Shown in pieces: positions 44,501 through 57,600 of a stretch of 64,000 bases of DNA. The DNA lies in the NCBI GenBank assembly GCA_964016885.1, contig OZ024758.1, positions 23,064,001-23,128,000 of the forward strand, in the 5' to 3' direction. Below the pieces are notes generated by a model that made no database searches, was not told the DNA's origin, and was given only the letters and a program-made list of their open reading frames with translations. Source of the stretch: Eledone cirrhosa. Lineage: Eukaryota. Position 1 is the first letter of the stretch; every line of letters starts with the position of its first letter. A program made the translations under genes and the position numbers.

Positions 44501-44816
44501 TTACGGGGTCGATAAAATAAAGTACCAGTAATGCACTGGGTAATTGCTGGCCTTGTGCCTAAAGTAGAAACAATTATTACCGATAATTAAGCATGCATGG
44601 CCCTGTGATCCCTAAAAGTGTTGTAGTGATGGCGTATTGATATACAGTGTTTCTAGGGAATTGTAAAACCTGGTGGGACCCATTTCTTATCCAGGCCTGA
44701 ATACAACATATTTCTTCCAGAGAAAAAAAGAAGAGAGAGAGTGAGAAAGAGATATAGATGAATAATCGGCCCCAGTACTAGACTATCCCAGGTTTATAAG
44801 TTAGAACATCAGATAG

Positions 44817-44849
<33 letters not shown>

Positions 44850-47800
44850 TTTTACGTCTGCTTTTCCCTGCTTCCAAGGATGGGACGGGAACTGATTCTG
44901 GCTTGATCTCTACAGCTGGATGCCCTTCCTAACACCAACCTCATTTACAGTGAGTGCTGGGTGTTTTTTTGCCGTGGCACCTCCACGACCACTTTACAGT
45001 GGAATGATAGGGACCCCAGTCACTATCATCTCATTTCTACAGCTGAGTAAACTGGAGCAATGTGAAATAAAGTGTCTTGCTCAAGGAATCAACACATCAC
45101 CCGGTCTGAGAATGTTTTGTGGTATTTGTTTCGACTATCTGGTCTCTGAGTTCAAATCCCGTCAAGGTCAACTTTGCCTTTCATACCTTTGAGGATGATA
45201 AAAAAAGTACCAGTCTAGTACTGGGGTAGATTCTTCCTCTATATCTCATTCTCATTTCCATTCTCTTACTTTCTATCCTTCTCTGGAATAAAATCTACTG
45301 TATTCATCCCTGGAGAGGGGATGGGCTCTGCCAGGTATAAAAATGTCCTAGAAATGCCTCTATGACTCCTTTAGAAGTTACAGGCCCATACAATATACTT
45401 AGCAACAAATTCACATTTTCAGACTGTCATTAAGTTGGTATTATTCTTCTACAATTTCTTTTCCCTTAACTCTTTAGCATTTAAATAGGCCATATCTCTC
45501 ACCTCTTTCTGTTCAAACCAGCTGTAACTGGCCTCTCATACTTATGTTAAGGTATTAATCTCAAAATAAATAATGTCAAAATCTCATAGATTCAATATTA
45601 TGTTAGATAATTATGTGAGGTAAAGCCTTTACCATGAAAATACAATAGTATATATAGAGTAATGCAAATGCTATCTGAGATAATTATGTGATATAAAGCC
45701 TTTACTGTGAAAATACAATAGTAAATATAGAGTAATGCAAATGCTATCTGAGATAATTATGTTATATAAAGCCTTTACCATGAAAATACAATAGTATATG
45801 TAGAGTAATGTAAATGCTAAAGGGTTAAGAATTTTAATTTTCCTGGCCTACTAACAAAACCAAAAGTAAAATTAAATGAACTTAAATATTTCATTCTACT
45901 ATCCCCCACCACCACCACCACCACCACCACCAGAAAAAAAAATATGATTCTCAATAATTATTTAAATTTTTCCTTTTTTCAGGATCCTCTTCTGTTGATC
46001 TATTGGAGTATGTAAACTCTAATGAATTAAAGAAAGTTTTCAAGAATGTTGAGAAAGTTCCTGATATTATAGAAATACTACCTGCTTTCATAATGCGTAT
46101 AATCATGAATCAAGAAAATGTAAGCAATTCATAAATATATATGTACACATGAATGGACCTGCTATTTTTATCTAAAGACATTTTTTCCATTCCATCCCGC
46201 CCGTCCCCTAAATCTATTTTATTTCTCATTCTTTCTTCTGATGAAGGACTATACGTCCGAAATGTTAAGACCCTCTTCCTGCTATATCAAGCGTTAACCT
46301 AATATAAACCTTCCATATACTGTACTGATTGTGTTGTTATTTCTGTTTACCTTTTACATACATATATATAAATATATAGGCACATGGCTTAGTGGTTAGA
46401 GCATTGGGCTTGCAATCGAAAGGTTGTGAGTTCAATTTGTAACAGAGTAAAATCTGCTAAAGAGACTTATTACCATTGAAATATCAGAACATCCTACATT
46501 TTTTTCATAATAAATCAGACAACCTACTTATCATTATTATATATGCTTAACATTCCGAGATTGACTTTGCCTTTCATCTTTTTGATAAAATAAAGTACCA
46601 GTAATGCACTGGGTAATTGCTGGCCTTGTGCCTAAAGTAGAAACAAAGTGCATTACTGATAAAATAAAGTACCAGTAATGCACTGGGTAATTGCTGGCCT
46701 TGTGACCAAAGTAGAAACAAAGTGCATTACTGATAAAATAAAGTACCAGTAATGCACTGGGTTATTGCTGGCCTTGTGCCAAAAGTAGAAACAAAGTGCA
46801 TTACTAATAGAATAAAGTACCAGTAATGCACTGGGTAATTGCTGGCCTTGTGCCAAAAGTAGAAACAATTATTATATATGCTTATCATTATTATATATGC
46901 TTAAAGGTGGTGGATTGGCAGTATCGGTAGAGGATCGGATACCATGCTTTGAAGCATAGAGTTACCTCCCTTTATGATCTGAGTTCAAATCCCGCCGAGG
47001 TTAACTTTGCCTTTCATCCTTCCGGGGTCGATAGAATAAAGTACCAGTAATGCATTGGGTAATTGCTGGCCTTGTGCCAAAAGTAGAAACAATTATTATA
47101 TATGCTTATCATTATTATATATGCAGATAAAGGGATTGGCAGTAAATCCGCAGTAAATCCGATAAAATAAAGCACCAGTGATGTACTGGGGTCGATTTAA
47201 TCGATTTCCCCCTTCCCCAGATTACTGGCCTTGTGCCTATATAAGAAATCATTATTATATATGCAGATAAAGGGTGGTGAATTGGCAGTATCCGTAGAGC
47301 ATTGAACATCATGCTTTGCAGCATAGAGTTATGGCCCTTTGCGGTCTGAGTTCAAATCCTGCCGAGGTTAACTTTGCATTTCAACCTTACAGGGTCAATA
47401 AAATAAAGCACTCATGAATACACTGCTCTAAATGAAGTTTAATATATAATATGCTTTAATAATTAAAACTATTACTAGTTAAAACTTAAATAATTATTAA
47501 AACTATGCTTTAATAATTGTTTCTACTTTAGGCACAAGGCCAGCAATTACCCAGTACATTACTGGTACTTTATTTTATCGACCCCGTAAGGATGAAAGGC
47601 AAAGTCAACCTCGGCGGGATTTGAACTCAGATCGTAAAGGGACGTAACTATGCTGGAAAGCATGGCGTCCGACCCTCTACCGATACTGCCAATCCACCGC
47701 CCTAAAAGAAAATCTCATTCGCCCACAGAGGGACTTAAACCCGCGATCCTCAGATAGAATGCTTTAATAATAATATCTTTTTTTTCCTTTCCTTTCATTT

Positions 47801-50800
47801 TAGCTTCAAAAATTATTAAATACAAGCACTTGGAAAACAATTTGTTCCAACGAAGATAATTTTTATGAATTATTTAAACCTCGTTCAATGACACCTGAGA
47901 AAATTGATGGCATAAGAAAATCCTTCTGTAATACAATAATTTCTGGTATTGATTTTGAGAAATTACAGCAGGAACTCTTGATGAATGTGACTGGATTAAG
48001 AGAGCTCATTGACACAGTAAGAATTTCTGGGGAGTTTTAACCAGTTGTTTTTGGGGTTTTTTTAATATTTAAATGATGTAAACAATAAAGGAATCTACAT
48101 ATAAATTTGAGCAACTCCCCACCGTCTGTCCATCTGTCTGTCGGTCACATAATGTGTGTGTATGTTTGTCTGAAGGTTTGTGTGTAAAAGGAAGGAAAGG
48201 GATGGTGAAAAAACTATAGCAAAACAGTGGCTGGCATTCCATTTGCTATGCTGTAAGTGAGTGTATGTGTGTGTGTTTGTGTAAGTGTGTGTATTTGTGT
48301 GAATGTGTTTGTGTGAATGTATGTCTGTGTGAGTGAATGTATGTCTGTGTTTGTGTAAATGTATGCGTGTGTGTGTGTATTTGTGTGAATGTGTTTGTGT
48401 GAATGTATGTCTGTGTTTGTGTAAATGCATGTGTGTGTGTGCGTGTTTGTGTGAATGTGTTTGTGTGAATGTATGTCTGTGTTTGTGTAAATGTATGTGT
48501 GTGCGTATTTGTGTGAATGTGTTTGTGTGAATGTATGTCTGTTTGTGTAAATGTATGTGTGTATTTGTGTGAATGTGTTTGTGTGAATGTATGTCTGTGT
48601 TTGTGTAAATGTATGTGTGTGTGCGTATTTGTGTGAATGTGTTTGTGTGAATGTATGTCTGTGTTTGTGTAAATGTGTGTGTGTGTGTGTATTTGTGTGA
48701 ATGTGTTTGTGTGAATGTATGTCTGTGTTTGTGTAAATGTGTGTGTGTGTATTTGTGTGAATGTGTTTGTGTGAATGTATGTCTGTGTGTGTGAATGTAT
48801 GTGTGTGTGTGTGTATTTGTGTGAATGTGTTTGTGTGAATCTATGTCTCTGTTTGTGTATGTCTGTGTTTGTGTAAATGTATGTGTGTATTTGTGTGAAT
48901 GTGTTTGTGTGAATGTATGTCTCTGTTTGTGCGAATGTATGTCTGTGTGTGTGAATGTATGTCTGTGTGTGTGAATGTATGTCTGTGTGTGTGAATGTAT
49001 GTCTGTGTGTGTGAATGTATGTCTGTGTGTGTGAATGTATGTCTGTGCTTATGAATGTATGTGTGTTTGTGTGAATGTATGTCTCTGTTTGTGCGAATGT
49101 ATGTCTCTGTGTGTGTGAATGTATGTCTGTGTGCTTGTGAATGTATGTGTGTGTGTGTGAATGTATGTCTGTGTTTGTGTGAACATTTTTTCATAATAAA
49201 TCGGACAACCTACTTATCATTATTATTGGATTGGCAGTATCGGTAGAGGGTCGGACGCCATGCTTTCCAGCATAGAGTTATGGTCCTTGCCATTCTGAGT
49301 TCAAATCCTGCTGAGGTTTACTTTGGCTTTCATCCTTTAGGGGTCGATAAAATAAAGTACCAGTAATGCACTGGAGTAATTGCTGGCCTTGTGCCAAAAG
49401 TAGAAACAATTATTATATATGCTTATCATTATTATATATGCAGATAAAGGGATTGGCAGTAGATCCGATAAAATAAAGCACCAGTAATGTACTGGGGTCG
49501 ATTTAATCGAATTGCCCCTCCTCCAAAAATTGCTGGCCTTGTGCCTAAATCGGAAACGATTATTTTTTATTCCAGATTATGAATATCAAAAAAAATAATT
49601 CTAATTTAATGGCAATTGAGTTTAACAAGTTTACCAAGGAAGTTAAACATCTACAGGAATTACTGACGTCTCTCAGTAGAAAACAATTCAATAGTGAATT
49701 TGGTGGAAGTAATGGATGGCTCAATGTAGAAAATTACAAAACCCTTTTCAAAAAGCTTGAAGACGTATGGAGTTCTACAAATGAAAATGTTATTAAAATA
49801 AGGTAATGTTTGGATTTGTTTTCATATCAATATTTGTGAGATGAATTGAATTATGGATTGGCATTATTGGTAGAGGGTTGGACGCCATGCTTTGCAGCAT
49901 AGAGTTATGATCCTTTACGATCCGAGTTCAAATCCTGCCAGGGTTAACTTTGCCTTTCATCCTTACAGAGTCGATAAAATAAAGCACCAGTAATGCACTG
50001 GGGTAATTGCTTGCCTTGTGCCAAAAGTAGAAACAATTATTAGAGTCTAAAGTCTGTCTTAATCTATTTAAGGCTTGTTAGGCTGGTGCTTATCCCGGTT
50101 TCATGGCGTGAAGCAACTGAAAGTACAAGACTCTTCACTCATCAGAACACCAGTTCATTACAGAGTTAAACCCTCAACTATTGCTGGTAATCATTTTCAG
50201 CTGGGTATACTGGAGCAACGTAAGATGAACTATTTTGCACAGGAACACAACATGCAACCCAGTCCAGAAATCAAACCTACAACATTATGATCTAGGGAAG
50301 AATTGATTCTTAAGATGGTGTTGATCTAGGAATGAATTGATCCTTAAGTTCGCGTTGAACTATGCATGAATTGATTCTCAAGATAGTTGATCCAGAGAAG
50401 AATTGATCCTCAGGATGGTGTTGATCTCAGGAAAGCTTGATTTTCATGCAGGTTGAACTGAATTTGAGGTCATCCCAGCAGTGTTGGGACAATAACGTTA
50501 TCATCAACTCAGATGACCAGAGCTAACTTGAGTTGCTAACCCACATTAGGTTCGAATAATTTTCAAAGGAAGCTTGTGGATGAGGGTACAGCTGGAAATG
50601 ATAGAGAATAAAACAATGATGATAATAAACCATGTTAAATTTCTAATTTAGGGATATGACATCAATCATTTTCAGTAGTTATTGATGTATGCCTTTAACT
50701 TCTTCAGTGCCGTAGACGAGATAACTTGTCCTAACATGTTTAAACTCCTTTTCAACAGTTCATAACTTCAAAGCTAGATGGGGTTACTAGTTTATTGATG

Positions 50801-51612
50801 TGATGTTTGTAAATCATTCAGATGTTTGTTGTTAATAAATGTTTGTTAAAAAATAGTCATTTTACTGAAAAAGAAACCTGGCACAGCCTTGTAAAATATG
50901 TGCAGCAGTCAACAGGTTAAGACGGGATCAAATCCTATTTATATGCATTCATATACAATAACATTGAACTGGATTTTTTTTTTTTTTTTCTTTTTTCTCA
51001 ATTATTTTCAGATATAAGATTTTGGAAACCTACCTGGCTGCTATTCTTAGAGTTAATATGTCTAAATCTGACCTTTTGGTAATTAAAACCAATTTTTATC
51101 AACAACAGGCAGTTATGAAATTTATGATTACCAGACTGGAACGAATAACAAGTAAGAAGCTTTAAAAATTGATTTTTAAATATATGAATTTATTAGTGAG
51201 AAAATAAAGAGGAGGCGGGAATCATCATCATCATCATTTTACGTCCACTTTTCCCTGCTTGCAAGGGTGGGACGGGAACTGATTCTGGCTTGATTTCTAC
51301 AGCTGGATGCCCTTCCTAACACCAACCTCATTTACAGTGAGTGCAGGGTGCTTTTTTACCGTGACACCTCCACGACCACATGGTTCATAATTTTGTGGGT
51401 GTTTACCTATATATATATATATATATAACGAAGGAAATGTGGTAAGGAACCAGGTGGACCATAACGCACCAAAGTACTCAATACTTAGGGTAGTAGAGTG
51501 GGTAATAGGAACCAATAAGACCCCGACAGCTGAGCTCAAGCCGTTTCGACGGCTAATTCTGAATTAGCCATCGAAACGGCTTGAGCTCAGCCGTCGGGGT
51601 CTTACCGGTTCC

Positions 51613-51687
<75 letters not shown>

Positions 51688-54600
51688 CAATAATCAAAGT
51701 TCAGTTTAAGTCATTTATTTGCTTACAATTGTTTCCTCCAAACCGAGGTTTGGATTCTTCGGAGCAACTATTTACTGATCTATAACATACTTGACCTCCT
51801 TTTCAACCCAGGAGACACATAAAACATATGCGCATGGGGTGACATTCATCAAATGATATATATATATATATATATATATCGACAGTTAATCGACTTTCGT
51901 CAAATCGGACCGAGGAAACAATGTTTCCATTGGTCTTTCCAATTGCTAATACTATCTACCAGTCGCAACTCCAGGTAGAAGGAACAACGTGGAATAAAGT
52001 GTCTTGCTGAAGGACATAACGCATCGCCCGGTCCAGGAATCGAACTCACAACCTCACGATTGTGAATCCAATTCTCTTACCACTTAGCCATGTGCCTTCA
52101 TATATATATATGTATGTATGTATGTACTTTTCTGAACTTACTAAAAGTTGATAGCAGAATTATCAAAGCCTCAGACAAAATACCTTGTGGTGTTTATGTT
52201 AAACCTGCCATTTTGAGTTGAGTTTGCCTTTCATCTTTCTGAGTTTGATAAAATTAATACTTTTCAAATATTGTAGGACTGAGGCCAACATAATTAACTA
52301 TACCTTTAAACTCTACATGGGCACAGTCCAATGAGTGGTGGCTACCTGCAGTTGTGAGCTTTGTGAGCTGAAATGGCTCTTCCAGCATGTCTCTCTCACC
52401 ATGCTCCAGAGAAACACCTTCTCTATTTTGTCCACTAGCAGTAAACAGGGATGATGGTAGGGGTATTGAATTTGTACAGATCTCATGCCATTACTTGCGA
52501 CCCAGGTATCGTAACATAACGGAAACATAGTAATAGAAGGTAATGGTCATGGAATTAAAACATTTCTTTATATTCCTAAATCTAGGCAGACCCAGAAAAA
52601 CCTGCAACAATTTGATAAATTCCAACCTTACACACTTACACCTCTCCAAGACAATGTCACTGGACCGAGATCTTTGGCGCTACGCAGTAATACAGAAGAC
52701 TCGCCTTGCTTAAGTACAAAGCGAAACCTACAGTCAGTAGGCACCTCTTAACCAAAAATACACCCCCGTCCCACTACCCCTACCCCCACCCCCATCTACA
52801 CCACCCCATTCTCTGTAAAGTTATGTTGGTACCACAACATCCAGTCCTAAATAAATGAGATCGTGTAGGTGTCACGAAAAAAAAAAAACACACAGTCCAC
52901 GCTGTAATGTTGCCAATCTTGCCTCACGTGAGACAATTCCCGTCTAAACCCATGCTAGCGTGGAAGATAGACGTTAAACGATGATGATGATGATGATCAG
53001 GATAATATTGATTTATTTACTGTTTTATTTTGTTCAATAGAAACTGGCAGATTTGATTTCAAAGACTACATAGACAAGCCATTGCTACATGCCATACAAC
53101 TGTTTGAAAACAATTCATTGAGTCTTGAAACACTTTTTGATATACTTGTTGGATTTGTAAAAGATCCTATGAAGGTAAGGAATGTCAATATTTTATTTAT
53201 TTTTGTGTTTAAACAATTCACAATGCTATTGTTTAGCATTGTGAATTACAACTACTTTAATACTTAAATACTTGTTTCTACTTTAGGCACAAGGCCAGCA
53301 ATTACCCAGTGCATTACTGGTACTTTATTTTATCGACCCCGTAAGGATGAAAGGCAAAGTCAACCTCGGCGGGATTTGAACTCAGATCGTAAAGGGACGT
53401 AACTATGCTTGAAAGCATGGCGTCCGACCCTCTACCGATACTGCCAATCCACCGCCCTTTAATACTTAAATACTGATTTCATTTTACTAGGCTGTTAACC
53501 CTTTAACATTTATATTATGAAGAAATGTGTAGTTTACTTGAAGCAGTGTATATGTCCAAACCTGCATTGTCATGGCTTTCCAACTTCGAATTCTATTCAC
53601 ATTACTCTATATTTACTATTGTATTTTGGTGGTAAAGGCTTTATCTTACATAAGTATTCCACATAATATCAAATCTATGAGATTTTGATGTTATTTATTT
53701 TGAGAACAATACCTTAACATCAGTATGAGTGGCCAGTTATGATCAGTTTGAACAGAAAGAGGTGAGAGAATTCTGACCGGATATGGCCAGTTTAAAAGCT
53801 AAAGAGTTAAGGCATTGCTCTCAAAATAAATAATATCAAAATCTCATAGATTCGATATTATGTAGAATGCTTATGTAAGATAAAGCCTTTACCACCAAAA
53901 TACAATAGTAAATATAGAGTATTGTGAATAGAATTCGAAGTTGGAAAGCCATGACAATGATATTATGAGATAATTATGTAAGATAAAGCCTTTACCGTGA
54001 AAATATAATAGTAAATATAGAGTAATCATCATCATCATCATCATTGTGATTTTACGTCCGCTTTTCCCTGCTTGCAAGGGTGGGACGGGAACTGATTCTG
54101 GCTTGATTTCTACAGCTGGATGCCCTTCCTAACACCAACCTCATTTAAAGTTAGTACTGGGTGCTTTTTTTGCTGTGGCACCTCCACGACCACTTTGCAG
54201 TGGAATGATAGGGACCCCAGTCCCTATCATCTCATTTCTACAGCTGAGTAAACTGGAGCAATGTGAAATAAAGTGTCTTGCTCAAGGAAACAACACATCA
54301 CCCGGTCTGAGAATTGAACTCACAACCTTTCGATTGCAAGGCCAATGCTCTAACCACTGAGCCATGTGCCTCCATAGTAATGTGAATGCTAAAGGATTAA
54401 GTTAATTTTCTATAAACCTCAAAAGTTGACCTAGTACTATCTTCTAGTATTAAGCAAATGAGAAAATTATCTACAGTGTAAATCATTTAGTTCAAAGTTT
54501 AAATATTTAAAATATTTCTAAAATGTTCATATTTTTATTAGCAAAAATTTTAAAATTTTCTGTTTTAACCCTTTAACATTTACTTTACTCTATATATACT

Positions 54601-57600
54601 ATTGTATTTTTGTGGTAAAGGCATTATCTTACATAATTATCTCACATGATATCGAATTTATGAGATTTTGATATTACTTATTTTGAGAACAATACCTTAA
54701 CATAAGTATGAGTGATTGATTACAGACAGTTTGAACAAAAAGAGGTGAGAGAATTCTGGCTGGATATGGCTGGTTTAAATGCTAAAGGGTTAAATATTTA
54801 AAATATTTCGAAATTTTTCATGTTTTTATCAGAAAAAAATGTTAGAATTTTTCTGTCTTAATTTAGATATTTTTTGATTGATAATTTTATTTAGTTGATT
54901 ATTATTGTTATCTAATCAATATTTAATTTTCATATATGTTTTCCTCAAATGTTTAGGTGGAAGAATTATATAAAATTAAAAAATGGGATGATTTCTGTAA
55001 AGTTCCTTACACAATCTCACCGATATCATCTAAGACAAATACAACCCACATTCAGAAACTCCTGTGTGATAATAAACTTGTAACTCTTGATATCCCTAGA
55101 CAAATCATAGACATCATGAGGAGTCTTGGGGGATATCAAAATTTACTGGATGCTGTAAGTTGGTTTTATATTTTCTTATAATAAGGGTTTCTGATTTAGG
55201 CACAAGGCCTCCAATTTTGGTGGGGTGGGTAGGGGGAAAATCAATTAAACTGACCCAAGTGCGTAGTTGCTGGTACTTTATTTTATCGACCCCGTAAGAA
55301 TGAAAGGCAGAGTTAACTTCGAAGATTGTTAAACTCGGAACGTAAATGGACGTAACTCTATGCCGCGAAGCAGGGTGTCCAATGTTCTATCGATACCCCC
55401 AATCCACCGCCATATAAATATATTCGTTTCTGATTTAGGCACAAGGCCCAATTTGGAGGGGGGGGAGGGGAAATCGATTAAATCGACCCAGTACATTACT
55501 GGTACTTTATTTTATTGACCTCGTAAGAATGAAAGGCAAAGTTAACCTCGGTGGGATTTGAATTCAGAACGTAAAGAGACATAACCCTATGCTGCAAAGC
55601 ATGGTGTCCGACGCTCTACCGATACTGCCAATCACAACCCTTAATAATGATTTCTACTATAGGCACAAGGCCAGCAATTTAGAGAGTCGAAAAGTCTATT
55701 AAATCGACCCCAGTGCGTGACTGGTACTTTATTTTATCGACCCCATAAGGATGAAAAGCAGAGCTAACCTCGGCAGGATTTCAGCTCTATTCCGCGAAGC
55801 ATGGTGTCTGACATTCTAACAATCCTGCCAATCCACCGCCATATTCTATATGTGAAGCATGGTGTCTGACATTCTAACAATCCTGCCAATCCACCGCCAT
55901 ATTCTATATGCGAAGCATGGTGTCTGACATTCTAACAATCCTGCCAATCCACCGCCATATTCTATATGTGAAGCATGGTGTCTGACATTCTAACAATCCT
56001 GCCAATCCACCGCCATATTCTATATGTGAAGCATGGTGTCTGACATTCTAACAGTCCTGCCAATCCACCGCCATATTCTATATGTGAAGCATGGTGTCTG
56101 ACATTCTAACAATCCTGCCAATCCACCGCCATATTCTATGCCGCGAAGCATGGTGTCTGACATTCTAACAATCCTGCCAATCCACCGCCATATTCTATAT
56201 GCGAAGCATGGTGTCTGACATTCTAACAATCCTGCCAATCCACCGCCATATTCTATGCCGCGAAGCATGGTGTCTGACATTCTAACAATCCTGCCAATCC
56301 ACCGCCATATTCTATATGTGAAGCATGGTGTCTGACATTCTAACAATCCTGCCAATCCACCGCCATATTCTATATGTGAAGCATGGTGTCTGACATTCTA
56401 ACAATCCTGCCAATCCACCGCCATATTCTATATGTGAAGCATGGTGTCTGACATTCTAACAATCCTGCCAATCCACCGCCATATTCTATATGTGAAGCAT
56501 GGTGTCTGACATTCTAACAATCCTGCCAATCCACCGCCATATTCTATATGTGAAGCATGGTGTCTGACATTCTAACAATCCTGCCAATCCACCGCCATAT
56601 TCTATGCCGCGAAGCATGGTGTCTGACATTCTAACAATCCTGCCAATCCACCGCCATATTCTATATGTGAAGCATGGTGTCTGACATTCTAACAATCCTG
56701 CCAATCCACCGCCATATTCTATGCCGCGAAGCATGGTGTCTGACATTCTAACAATCCTGCCAATCCACCGCCATATTCTATATGTGAAGCATGGTGTCTG
56801 ACATTCTAACAATCCTGCCAATCCACCGCCATATTCTATATGTGAAGCATGGTGTCTGACATTCTAACAATCCTGCCAATCCACCGCCATATTCTATATG
56901 TGAAGCATGGTGTCTGACATTCTAACAATCCTGCCAATCCACCGCCATATTCTATATGTGAAGCATGGTGTCTGACATTCTAACAATCCTGCCAATCCAC
57001 CGCCATATTCTATATGTGAAGCATGGTGTCTGACATTCTAACAATCCTGCCAATCCACCACCATATTATATATGTGAAGCATGGTGTCTGACATTCTAAC
57101 AATCCTTCCAATCCACCGCCATATTCTATATGTGAAGCATGGTGTCTGACATTCTAACAATCCTGCCAATCCACCGCCATATTCTATATGTGAAGCATGG
57201 TGTCTGACATTCTAACAATCCTGCCAATCCACCGCCATATTATATATGTGAAGCATGGTGTCTGACATTCTAACAATCCTTCCAATCCACCGCCATATTC
57301 TATATGTGAAGCATGGTGTCTGACATTCTAACAATCCTTCCAATCCACCGCCATATTCTATATGTGAAGCATGGTGTCTGACATTCTAACAATCCTGCCA
57401 ATCCACCGCCATATTCTATATGTGAAGCATGGTGTCTGACATTCTAACAATCCTGCCAATCCACCGCCATATTATATATGTGAAGCATGGTGTCTGACAT
57501 TCTAACAATCCTTCCAATCCACCGCCATATTCTATATGTGAAGCATGGTGTCTGACATTCTAACAATCCTGCCAATCCACCGCCATATTCTATATGTGAA

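Noticed and set aside
47705-47760. tRNA-Lys-like 3' half on the - strand
   Set aside because: Fragment only; probably a SINE or pseudogene remnant.
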